Shown one piece after another: positions 55,710 through 64,000 of a DNA stretch of 64,000 bases (within the stretch, counting starts at the first letter, position 1; every line of letters begins with the position of its first letter). Both the position numbers and the translations under genes were made by a program. Below the pieces are notes generated by a model. That model had not been told where the DNA came from. It made no database searches and saw nothing but the letters and a program-made list of their open reading frames with translations. Source of the DNA: Gemmatimonadota bacterium (GTDB lineage: Bacteria > Gemmatimonadota > Gemmatimonadetes > Longimicrobiales > Gaopeijiaceae); the NCBI GenBank assembly GCA_039589315.1, contig JBDHHQ010000027.1, positions 43,067-107,066 on the forward strand, written 5' to 3'.

Positions 55710-57026
55710 ATGACCACCCCCGAAGTCCTTCAGGTAGAAAAGCACGGATTGGACGCCGTTCCAGTCGAGGAGCGCACCAAGAGCTGGGTGGACCTGTCCG
55801 TTATCCAGGCTGGGACTCATATGTCCTTGCCTGTCTTCCTGTTGGGAGCACTACTGGTTCCCAGCTTCTCTTGGACCGAAATCTTGTTCGTCCTCGTCAC
55901 TGGGAGCCTGATTCTCGTTCTGCTCCTGGGGGTCGTGGGCAGGTTCGGAGTCGATTACGGAATCCCGGCCAGCGTGGCGAGCCGCTTTTCATTCGGTTTT
56001 CCTTACGGTGTCTGGTTGCCATCGCTCAGTCTCGTGCTTTCCCTACTCGGGTGGTTCGCGATCACCACGGAGATCGCCGGTCTGGCCGTAAACCAGATCG
56101 TGGGGGAGCTCGCCGGGTTCGAGGCTGCCACGCTCTCGATCGGTCTCGTGGGATTGTCCAGTGCGTTGCCTGCTGTGTTGGGATTCGAGAACATCAAGTG
56201 GGTGAGTCGGCTCTCGGTTCCCCTCCTGTTGGGCCTGTGCTGCTGGATGCTCCTCGAGGTCCTTTCTGAGAATCCTCTCTCCGGCCTGTTCTCGTATACA
56301 CCCACCGGCGAGACCACCGTGGGTACCGGCGTGGACTGGGTGATCGGCGCGCTGATCGTCGGAGTCTTCGTCACGCCCGACGTGTCGCGATACCTGAGGA
56401 GCCGGAGGGATATCTGGATCGGATACTCGCTGGGTATGTTGCCGCTCGCGTTTCTCGCCTGGATCGGTGCGATCTCCATGCTGACCACGGGCGATTGGAA
56501 CCCCGTCCATGCCGTCCAACAGCTCGGAGGAGGTATCCCTGCTCTAGTCGTGATCCTCTTCGCCACCTGGACGACGATGGACGTTGCACTCTACTCAGCC
56601 GGGCTGGCCCTGACCAACGTATTCACACCCCTCAAGCGCTGGCAGAACACGATCCTCCTCAGCCTGATTGGAACAGCTCTGGCCGTATTCAGAGTGACCG
56701 AATACTTTCGCGGCTTCCTCACCCTACTCTCCAACGTCTTCTCTCCGATGGTGGGAGTCCTGATCTGCGATTACCTACTCGTCCGCAGAGGGAGCCTCGC
56801 AATGGAGGAAGTCTACAGACGTCATGGGACTCTTCGTTATCGTCGCGGCATGAACTGGGTGGCAGTCGGATCAACCGCTGTCGGCATCGTCGTGGCCCGC
56901 TACACGCCGGAAGTCCTTGTCTCCTCTTTGACCGCCATGGGTTCGAGCATGCTGGTCTATTACCTGGGGATGCGGTTCTTCTGTCCAGATCACCTGCGTC
57001 GCGCTAGTGTCACGCCGGTCACGTAG
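55710..57026 (+). CDS. NCS1 cytosine/purine permease family transporter
   Basis: 'GWFA', 'PDVSRY', 'WTT...LYS'; GAGGAG RBS. Confidence 0.9.
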   Translation: MTTPEVLQVEKHGLDAVPVEERTKSWVDLSVIQAGTHMSLPVFLLGALLVPSFSWTEILFVLVTGSLILVLLLGVVGRFGVDYGIPASVASRFSFGFPYGVWLPSLSLVLSLLGWFAITTEIAGLAVNQIVGELAGFEAATLSIGLVGLSSALPAVLGFENIKWVSRLSVPLLLGLCCWMLLEVLSENPLSGLFSYTPTGETTVGTGVDWVIGALIVGVFVTPDVSRYLRSRRDIWIGYSLGMLPLAFLAWIGAISMLTTGDWNPVHAVQQLGGGIPALVVILFATWTTMDVALYSAGLALTNVFTPLKRWQNTILLSLIGTALAVFRVTEYFRGFLTLLSNVFSPMVGVLICDYLLVRRGSLAMEEVYRRHGTLRYRRGMNWVAVGSTAVGIVVARYTPEVLVSSLTAMGSSMLVYYLGMRFFCPDHLRRASVTPVT

Positions 57027-57066
57027 CGCGATGCTAACCTGACGGCCGTTCCAGCAAGGAGGATGA

Positions 57067-59091
57067 ATGGCGACCCGGATCGGAGTCGACGTCGGTGGGA
57101 CATTCACGGACCTCATCTATTACGACGATCAGTCCGGTGAACTGAGCGTCGGGAAGGTCCCAACAACTCCGGCATCGCCCGAGCAGGGCGTGATCGACGC
57201 GGTGAGCTCGACGATCGAGAAGGGTGATCTCAGCCGAGCGGCGTACTTCCTTCACGGCACCACGGTCGGGCTCAACTCGCTGCTCACACGAACCGGGGCG
57301 ACCGTCGGTTTGCTCAGTACCGTGGGCTTCCGGGACATCCTCGAGACGCGAAGAGGGGATCGCGATGAGCCGTACAACCTCTTCTGGCGGCCTCCAGAAC
57401 CGCTCGTGCCACGCCATCTTCGAATCCCCGTCACCGAGCGGCTCCGCGCTGACGGTCAGGTCCACATCGCGCTCGAGCTCGATGACGTCACTGAAGCCGC
57501 GAAGGTCTTCTCGGAGGAGGGCGTCACCGCGGTGGCGATCGCTTTCATGAACTCCTATGCGGAGCCGTCCCACGAGCTTGCCGCTGCCGAGGCGTTGCGC
57601 GCTGCGGGCTTCGACGGCGAGATCTCGCTTTCACACCTGGTCTCGGGCGAGTTCAGGGAGTACGAGCGAACGTCGACTACCGTTATCGACGCCTACGTGC
57701 GAGGCCGGATGGCCAGCTACCTTCAACGCCTGGAGCAGGGACTCACTGGAGTCGGCTTCGCAGGGTCCTTCCTCGTCACGCGCTCCGGAGGCGGCGCGAT
57801 CACGTTCGGTGAGGCCGAGGATCGTCCGTTCGAGACGATCATGTCCGGTCCCGTGGCGGGCGCCCAGGGCGGAGCCGAGCTCGCTGCGCTGCTGGGCTTG
57901 TCCGACGTCGTGACCGCCGACGTCGGCGGAACGAGCTTCGACACGTGCCTGATCCTCGACGGTCGGCTCCCGGTCCTCTACGAGGGCTCGATCGTCGGCT
58001 GGCCGCTCCAGACTTCCTGGGTCGACGTTCGATCGATTGGCGCCGGCGGTGGCTCGGTAGCACATATCGACGTCGGGGGTGCGCTGCGCGTCGGGCCTCG
58101 GAGCGCTGGCGCCGATCCCGGGCCTGCCGCGTACCGGCGAGGCGGCACTGAGCCGACCGTCACAGATGCGGCTGCGCTACTCGGCATGCTCGCCGAGGGG
58201 AAGCTCGCAGGCGGCGTGACGCTCGACATCGACGCGTCTCGGACGGCTATCGAGTCACTGGCCGAGCCGCTGGATCTCCAGCTGGAAGAGGTCGCTCGCG
58301 GCGTGGTTACGATCGTGACCGCAAACATGGCCAACGCGATCCGCGAAATCACCGTCGAGCAGGGGCAGGACCCACGTGACTGCACGCTGATGCCGTTCGG
58401 TGGTGCGGGTCCACTCTTCGGAACACTCCTGGCCCAGGAGCTCGACATGACCGAGGTCGTCATCCCACCGGTCGCCGGCAACTTCTCGGCGTGGGGGCTA
58501 CTCGGCGCGGATCTGGTTCGCACGGCATCGCGCACGCGTATCGTGCGACTGGAAGACGGGGTCATGGACGAAGTGAACGAGTTGGCGAGTAGGCTCTTCG
58601 CTCGGCTCGACGAGCGCGTGGTGGAATCAGAGGTAGGGGAGCGCGAGATCGGACTCGACATGCGCTATGCGGGGCAGGAGCACTATTTGACCGTTGCGGC
58701 CCCAACGACCGAGGGCCGCGTGACCAGCTCGGCTACCATGCTGCGAGAGCTCTTCACGCGTGACTACGACCGCACGTTTGCCCACACCATGGACGGCGCA
58801 ATCGAGATCGTTGCGGTGCGAGCGACGGTGCGGATGAAGTTGCCTCGCCGGCAGTCGGGGAGGGGCGCGGGCGCCGCGCCGGTGGAGCAGCAACGCACGT
58901 TGGATGCGTGGTCCTTCGCACGAGGCGGGCGAACCTCGTTCCGTGTAATCGAGCGGTCGACGATCGGTCCCGACGCCACGGTCGTTGGACCCGCGATCAT
59001 CCTCGAGCCCACGGCGACGACATACCTCGACGAGGGTTGGAGCGCCCGCGTTCGGGAAGCTGGATCGCTCTTTCTCAGCCGGGAGGGATAG
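57067..59091 (+). CDS. Hydantoinase A / 5-oxoprolinase family ATP-binding subunit
   Basis: 'GVDVGGTFTD', 'HGTT', 'SGPVAG', 'DVGGTSFD', 'IGAGGGS', 'FGGAG'. Confidence 0.94.
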   Translation: MATRIGVDVGGTFTDLIYYDDQSGELSVGKVPTTPASPEQGVIDAVSSTIEKGDLSRAAYFLHGTTVGLNSLLTRTGATVGLLSTVGFRDILETRRGDRDEPYNLFWRPPEPLVPRHLRIPVTERLRADGQVHIALELDDVTEAAKVFSEEGVTAVAIAFMNSYAEPSHELAAAEALRAAGFDGEISLSHLVSGEFREYERTSTTVIDAYVRGRMASYLQRLEQGLTGVGFAGSFLVTRSGGGAITFGEAEDRPFETIMSGPVAGAQGGAELAALLGLSDVVTADVGGTSFDTCLILDGRLPVLYEGSIVGWPLQTSWVDVRSIGAGGGSVAHIDVGGALRVGPRSAGADPGPAAYRRGGTEPTVTDAAALLGMLAEGKLAGGVTLDIDASRTAIESLAEPLDLQLEEVARGVVTIVTANMANAIREITVEQGQDPRDCTLMPFGGAGPLFGTLLAQELDMTEVVIPPVAGNFSAWGLLGADLVRTASRTRIVRLEDGVMDEVNELASRLFARLDERVVESEVGEREIGLDMRYAGQEHYLTVAAPTTEGRVTSSATMLRELFTRDYDRTFAHTMDGAIEIVAVRATVRMKLPRRQSGRGAGAAPVEQQRTLDAWSFARGGRTSFRVIERSTIGPDATVVGPAIILEPTATTYLDEGWSARVREAGSLFLSREG

Positions 59092-59093
59092 CT

Positions 59094-60818
59094 ATGCACG
59101 CAGAAGCGGTCGTCTATCGAGCTGGTCAGGGCGCCTCGGGTGGGGCGGCGGATGCGGATCCGATCAGGACAGAGGTGATTCGCCACGGCCTGAACTCCGC
59201 CGCCAACCAGATCAAACGGGCCCTTATCCGCACGTCGTTCACCCCCATCATCTACGAGGTGCTGGACTTCGCGGCGGTCGTCTACGACGACCAGTTCAGG
59301 ATGCTCGCGCAGGCGCCGAGCATCCCCCTTTTCATGGGTACGATGAGCTTCTGCATCGAGTCTGCGGTCGAGGCGGTCGGCGGAGAGAGCCAACTCCACC
59401 CCGGTGACATCATCCTCATGAACGACCCGTACAAGACCGGATCCCATCCACAGGACGCGGCTGTCGTGATGCCGGTGTTCCTCGATGACGGCACGTTGAT
59501 CGGCTATACCGCGATCAAGGCGCACTGGATGGACATCGGCGCGAAGGAGCTGTACTGCACTGACACCATCGATGTCTTTCAGGAGGGCACGATCTTCCCG
59601 GGCGTCAAGCTTTACTCGAAAGGCGAGCTCGTCGACGACATTTGGCGGATAGCCCAGGCTAACTCGCGACTCCCGATCCACGTCCAGGGTGACATCAACG
59701 CCGAGGTGGTCGGCGTCAGGACCGGCGCTGCGGCACTAGTCCGCCTCGTCGAGCGCTACGGCCTCGACGCCTTCCATGAGTCGGTGGAGCGCATGTACGA
59801 CCACGGTGAGGCCGTCGTGCGCAGCTACTTCGAGCAGATCCCAGACGGCACATATGTGGGACGGGGCGAGATGGACTCAGACGGGATCACCGACGATCCC
59901 ATCCCCTTCGAGGTCACCCTCGAGGTCAAGGGCTCGACGTGCCTGCTCGACTTCTCCGGCACACCCGATGCGCGGCCCGGGCCCGTGAACTGCCCACTCG
60001 CCTCAACCGTGTCGGCTGCCCGCGTGGTGATGACGATGCTCGCCGGTGGCGGCGAGGCTCCCAACGAAGGCCATTTCCGTCCGGTCGAAGTCGCGACTCG
60101 TCCGGGATCGATGTTTCACCCGATTTCGCCATCACCATGCTTCCTCTATGGCTGGCCCGCGATGCAGGCAACCGAAGCCGTCCTCAACGCGGTTGCCGAG
60201 GCCGTTCCCGAGCGTGTCACGGCGTGTTCAGGGGGCGACCTCGCCGCCGTTGTCTGGTGGGGCTTCCGTGAGGGATCGGGCGAGTTCTGGGGAGACGGGG
60301 CGCCTCATCCGGTCGGTCAGGGCGCCAGCACGCACGGAGACGGCGGCTCGAGCCTGCTCCATCTCATCGAGGCAGCCACCCGATTCTCACCCATGGAGGT
60401 CTGGGAGGCCAGGAATCCGTGGCTCATGGAGAAGTTCGAGCTCGCTGCCGACTCGGGCGGACCAGGGAAATACCGCGGCGGACTCGGGGCCGACATGCAC
60501 TTTCATTTCCTCGAAGAGGCGTTTTGCACGTCCACGATCGAGCGTACGAAGAACGCGCCCTGGGGGCTCGTAGGTGGCCTGCCAGGCCGACCCAACGCGG
60601 GCTTGCTCCGTCACCCCGACGGCACGTCCGTGCCCGTCGCGAAAGCAACCGGTCTTCGGATACCCAAGGGGGCGACATTCGAGATACGGCTCGGCGGTGG
60701 TGGTGGCTACGGTCCCCCCAGTGAGCGAGACCCGGAGCTCGTTCGCCGGGACTGTCGTGAGGGCTATACGACGCTGGAGCACGCGCGGAAGCACTATCCG
60801 CACGCGTTCGACGACTGA
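59094..60818 (+). CDS. Second hydantoinase B / 5-oxoprolinase family subunit
   Basis: 'IIYEVLDF', 'NDPY..GSHPQD', 'HWMDIG', 'DSGGPGKYRGG', 'GGGGYGPP'. Confidence 0.92.
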   Translation: MHAEAVVYRAGQGASGGAADADPIRTEVIRHGLNSAANQIKRALIRTSFTPIIYEVLDFAAVVYDDQFRMLAQAPSIPLFMGTMSFCIESAVEAVGGESQLHPGDIILMNDPYKTGSHPQDAAVVMPVFLDDGTLIGYTAIKAHWMDIGAKELYCTDTIDVFQEGTIFPGVKLYSKGELVDDIWRIAQANSRLPIHVQGDINAEVVGVRTGAAALVRLVERYGLDAFHESVERMYDHGEAVVRSYFEQIPDGTYVGRGEMDSDGITDDPIPFEVTLEVKGSTCLLDFSGTPDARPGPVNCPLASTVSAARVVMTMLAGGGEAPNEGHFRPVEVATRPGSMFHPISPSPCFLYGWPAMQATEAVLNAVAEAVPERVTACSGGDLAAVVWWGFREGSGEFWGDGAPHPVGQGASTHGDGGSSLLHLIEAATRFSPMEVWEARNPWLMEKFELAADSGGPGKYRGGLGADMHFHFLEEAFCTSTIERTKNAPWGLVGGLPGRPNAGLLRHPDGTSVPVAKATGLRIPKGATFEIRLGGGGGYGPPSERDPELVRRDCREGYTTLEHARKHYPHAFDD

Positions 60819-60829
60819 CGCGCGAGGAG

Positions 60830-60951
60830 CGCTTCGACAACCTGGAACAACACAGCCTGAGCCTCGATCGCTTCGGCAAGATGAAGATGGAGATCAGGAC
60901 GGCGAGAGCATGCGACTAGACAGTCTGGTATACCGACGGGTGTCGCGATAG
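60830..60951 (+). pseudogene. Internally deleted copy of the 3' end of gene X
   Basis: 60830-60900 matches 45243-45313 (3 mismatches); 60898-60951 resembles 45519-45584; joined at GAC. Confidence 0.9.
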
Positions 60952-61053
60952 CGCGACTCCTCGGGCTCGTCGGACAGGAAGCGGGCAGCTTCGCGCCATC
61001 TTCCGAGATCAGCGCGTCCGCGGACGACACCGGGCACCCGCGGCTCAGCGGCG

Positions 61054-61179
61054 CCCCGGTAGCCACCTCACCCCACCTGTCGCTAGCATATCGGAGGAGG
61101 GAGGGGTGATGTCGACCAACGTGGGGCCGATCTACCGCGAGGCCGAGGCCCGCTACCGGGCGGCTGTCACCAGGGAGGA
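61054..61179 (+). repeat. 126-bp direct repeat, copy 2
   Basis: Matches 49414-49539. Confidence 0.95.
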
Positions 61180-62092
61180 GAAGCTGGCCGCCCTGCAGGA
61201 GATGCTCCGGGTCGCGCCCAAGCACAAGGGCACGGAGAAGCTGTGCGCCGATCTCCGCACGCGCATCTCCAAGCTCAAGAAGGAGCCCAAGAAGAAGACG
61301 GGCTCGCGGGAGCCCAGCCACCGGATCCCTCACGAGGGAGCCGGTCAGATCGCCTTGGTGGGCCCTCCGAACTCCGGGAAGTCCACGCTCGTTTCCGAGC
61401 TGACCCACGCGCACCCTGACGTGGCTCCTTACCCGCAGACCACGCACAAGGCCACCCCGGGCATGATGCCGTTCGAGGACGTCGCCTTCCAGTTGGTGGA
61501 TCTGCCTCCGCTCTGCCAAGAGCACGTCGAGCCGTGGGTCTACGACCTGATCCGCGGATGCGACCTGGTATGGCTGGTTCTCTCGGTGGAGCATCCGCTG
61601 GTCGGCTTGGAGCACATCGAGCCGCTCCTGGCCAGCAAGGCGATCGGATTGCTCCCGTGGGGATGCGCCGCGTCGGAGAAGCGGCGATCCGGCTGGACCT
61701 ATAAGAACGCCCTGATGGTGGTGACCGGCATGGACTTGCCTGGCGCCCAGGGCGACCTGGAGGCCTTCGTCGAGTTGGCCGAGTCCTCTTGGACCCGGAT
61801 CGGCGTGTCCGGCATGACTCTCGCCGGCATCGAGGAGCTCGGCCGTACCACCTTCGAAGCCTTGGACATCATGCGGGTCTACAGCAAGGAGCCCGGCAAG
61901 GAGCCGGACCTCGACAAGCCCTTCACGCTACGGCGGGGCTCGACGGTGGGCGATCTTGCGGTGAAGATCCACAAGGAGATAGCCGAAGAGCTGAAGTACG
62001 CTCGCCTCTGGGGGCCAAGCGCGCATGACGGGCAGTCGGTCCGCGGCGGGCACGTCCTCGAGGAGGGAGACGTGGTGGAAATCCACCGCTGA
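61106..62092 (+). CDS. OBG/DRG-like GTPase with TGS domain
   Basis: 'PKHKGTEK', G1 'GPPNSGKS', 'YPQTT', 'DLPP', TGS 'YARLWG..GQ.V..HVLEEGDVVEIH'. Confidence 0.9.
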   Translation: MMSTNVGPIYREAEARYRAAVTREEKLAALQEMLRVAPKHKGTEKLCADLRTRISKLKKEPKKKTGSREPSHRIPHEGAGQIALVGPPNSGKSTLVSELTHAHPDVAPYPQTTHKATPGMMPFEDVAFQLVDLPPLCQEHVEPWVYDLIRGCDLVWLVLSVEHPLVGLEHIEPLLASKAIGLLPWGCAASEKRRSGWTYKNALMVVTGMDLPGAQGDLEAFVELAESSWTRIGVSGMTLAGIEELGRTTFEALDIMRVYSKEPGKEPDLDKPFTLRRGSTVGDLAVKIHKEIAEELKYARLWGPSAHDGQSVRGGHVLEEGDVVEIHR

Positions 62093-62162
62093 TCGGCCGA
62101 GCCATCGGTCCACGCGCGGCGTATGGGGGTGTGACCGGTCGTACGCCGGGGGCGGACGCAGG

Positions 62163-62348
62163 ATCTCGGTCTCGGCGGTGCCGAGGATGATGCGACTCTG
62201 CCGCTCCCGCTCAGCCTGAGCTTGCCGGGACATGGCGTCTTCCAGCCCCTTCGGGATGATGATGTCTCGGATCTCCACGGCTTCCGTGGTGATCCCCCAC
62301 GGGTTGGTCTTCTCGTCGAGTACCGTTTGGATCTCCTCGCCCAGACGG
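62163..62348 (-). pseudogene. Internal fragment of an SPFH/stomatin (slipin) gene
   Basis: 'LDEKTNPWGITTEAVEIRDIIIP..AMSRQAQAERERQSRIILGTAE'. Confidence 0.8.
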
Positions 62349-62367
62349 TGAGGCAGGCGGCTCCGAT

Positions 62368-63387
62368 TCAGCCGATCGGACAATAGAGCGCGGTGCCGAC
62401 GCCACCCGCTCCGAGGCGTTCGACGGATGCCAATGCAGCCTCGCGATCCGGGTAGAGCGCGATGACGGACCCTTCCCCTCCGGCGCCCGAGAACTTGGCC
62501 CCCAGAGCCCCCGCCTTCAGGAGTTGAGCACACGTCTCCTCGAGGACGGGAGCTCGCATCTCGGGTAGCTGGGCGTCCAGCTCTCTCTGGTAGACCTGTT
62601 GAGCGGTGTTCATCGCATGACCCAGCGCCGCCTCGTCCCCCTGCACCAGCGCGGCAGCCCCGACAGCGGCCGCGTCGGCAAACGCCGAAAGCGCCGTGCG
62701 GACCGCTGCCGACTTGGCCTGCGCCCCGGGTCCCGACCGACCGAAGAAGCACCGGTTCAGCGCAGCGAGGATCCCCTTCGTGTCCCTCGCCGTGGGGAGG
62801 GCGATCGCCACCAGGTGGAACGTCGCGCCCGGACGAATCGGACGGACCTCGTGCTGCCCGCCCTGCCACCGAATGAACAGCGGCACGCCCTCCGCGCAGG
62901 CCAACTGGTCCAACAGACCGCAGTCCACTCCCAAGAGGTCGTGCTCTACCTCGAAGGCGAGTTGGGCCAGTCTCCGAGGCTCCAGGGTGTGCCCGGCACG
63001 CCGGGCCACTGCGTCGAGGACGGACAGGGTGAACGCGGCCGATGACGAGAAGCCGCGACCGGGAGGCAGGTCGCTCTCCACGTGAAGCGCGGTGTCCCGG
63101 AGCTCGAGGCCAAGCCCGTCAAGGAGGTGCAGGGCTGCCGGCACGAAGCGAAGCGGCCCGCCCTCGGGGTCGACGGCTCCGGAGAGTGCCCAGCGCCCGC
63201 GCAGCGGTCTGCCGTGCAGAACCGAGTCGAGGGACACCCCCGTGCCCGTCGGCGCCGGACGGGCTTCCACGCGGACTCCGATGGGCAGCGGGACGGCGAG
63301 GCTGGCGCCTCCTGCCCAGTCGCAGTGCTCGCCCAGGAGGCAGGCGCGCCCGGGATGATACGCGACGACAGGTTCACCGATATTCAA
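62368..63387 (-). CDS. GHMP kinase (galactokinase/mevalonate kinase-like)
   Basis: 'PGR..LLGEH.D', 'LPPGRGFSSSAA', 'G.LDQ', 'GAKFSGAGGEG'. Confidence 0.87.
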   Translation of the reverse strand: MNIGEPVVAYHPGRACLLGEHCDWAGGASLAVPLPIGVRVEARPAPTGTGVSLDSVLHGRPLRGRWALSGAVDPEGGPLRFVPAALHLLDGLGLELRDTALHVESDLPPGRGFSSSAAFTLSVLDAVARRAGHTLEPRRLAQLAFEVEHDLLGVDCGLLDQLACAEGVPLFIRWQGGQHEVRPIRPGATFHLVAIALPTARDTKGILAALNRCFFGRSGPGAQAKSAAVRTALSAFADAAAVGAAALVQGDEAALGHAMNTAQQVYQRELDAQLPEMRAPVLEETCAQLLKAGALGAKFSGAGGEGSVIALYPDREAALASVERLGAGGVGTALYCPIG

Positions 63388-63754
63388 TCGCTGCCAGACT
63401 CATATCGACGTATTCATGGTATTCGGCATCAGTCAGTTCGTGCCGTTCACGCCCGCTTGATTGAACGGCAATGTCTATCGCGAATATGTCAGACAAATGT
63501 CCGAGCGGCGCTGCCCGGTCGGTCCAAGCGATATCGTCGTAATTGGCCTCTTGGAACACGAGGGGAACCAAGGATAGTGCGCGACGCTGATTGCGCTCCG
63601 TGGGAAAGCCCGTTCTCTGCAGGACATCGCGTAGGTGAAGCAATGCACGACGACGCGCCATGGCCACGGGACCGCCGGCAGCCCAACGCGATATGTCTCT
63701 GTCGATCAGGGGTCTGTCGATCAGGGGAATCAGATCGTCAACTGAGAGCGGCAT
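63374..63754 (-). CDS. Hypothetical protein
   Basis: 126-aa ORF overlapping the kinase start; AT-richer. Confidence 0.5.
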   Translation of the reverse strand: MPLSVDDLIPLIDRPLIDRDISRWAAGGPVAMARRRALLHLRDVLQRTGFPTERNQRRALSLVPLVFQEANYDDIAWTDRAAPLGHLSDIFAIDIAVQSSGRERHELTDAEYHEYVDMSLAAIEYR

Positions 63755-63757
63755 GTG

Positions 63758-63835
63758 TTACGTCTCGGTCATGGAGTCAGTGAGCCGGAGGAACCGGGGA
63801 TCCTCCAGGAGAGAAGCGAACATCGGATCGAGAGA
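63758..63835 (-). pseudogene. Possible TPR-protein C-terminal remnant
   Basis: 'LDPMFASLLEDPRFLRL..*'. Confidence 0.35.
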
Positions 63836-64000
63836 GCTTCCACTCCTTGATCCGCCAAGAGATGGGTTGGGTCGCCGCCACCGCCGCCTCCGATAGGACA
63901 CAGCGACCGATCTGCTCGTCATCGAGGCCAACAGTGGAGCCCGACTCGCCTCGCGGGCAAGCCGGGCATTGCCTTTCGGACCGGCACGTGAGCACTTTGT

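Overview
High-GC bacterial accessory region. The PadR + duplicated-orphan ABC permease pairs and the TM-TPR proteins suggest Gemmatimonadota or Acidobacteriota (inference). There are no core genes, rRNA, intact tRNA, CRISPR array or integrase. Modules in order: porin/arylsulfatase/outer-membrane transporter; HigBA; TPR and beta-propeller proteins; CPA2-RCK antiporter; thiolase + HAD/ECH; ArsR + TtrBCA/SrdBCA-like molybdoenzyme operon; IS110 relic; GHKL ATPase; two PadR-permease pairs; a Cys-rich sigma factor divergent from a heme-copper oxidase operon; an MBL hydrolase; secreted metallohydrolases; an AT-richer DUF3604/NCS1/hydantoinase island; a TGS GTPase; a GHMP kinase. Main observations: (1) an A1-type oxidase subunit I with intact metal ligands and D-channel, but with three K-channel residues replaced by hydrophobic ones (bovine S255->F, T316->F, K319->I); (2) five co-oriented att-like sites (arm repeats, three followed by a tRNA-Ser 3' half) that divide the window into cargo modules; (3) three reciprocal intact/remnant gene duplications in shuffled order and many short gene-debris seams; (4) an ArsR-type operator in front of the TtrA-clade reductase; (5) an orphan IS110 end with a bridge-RNA-like fold. 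All family assignments come from motif recognition by eye, not from database searches.
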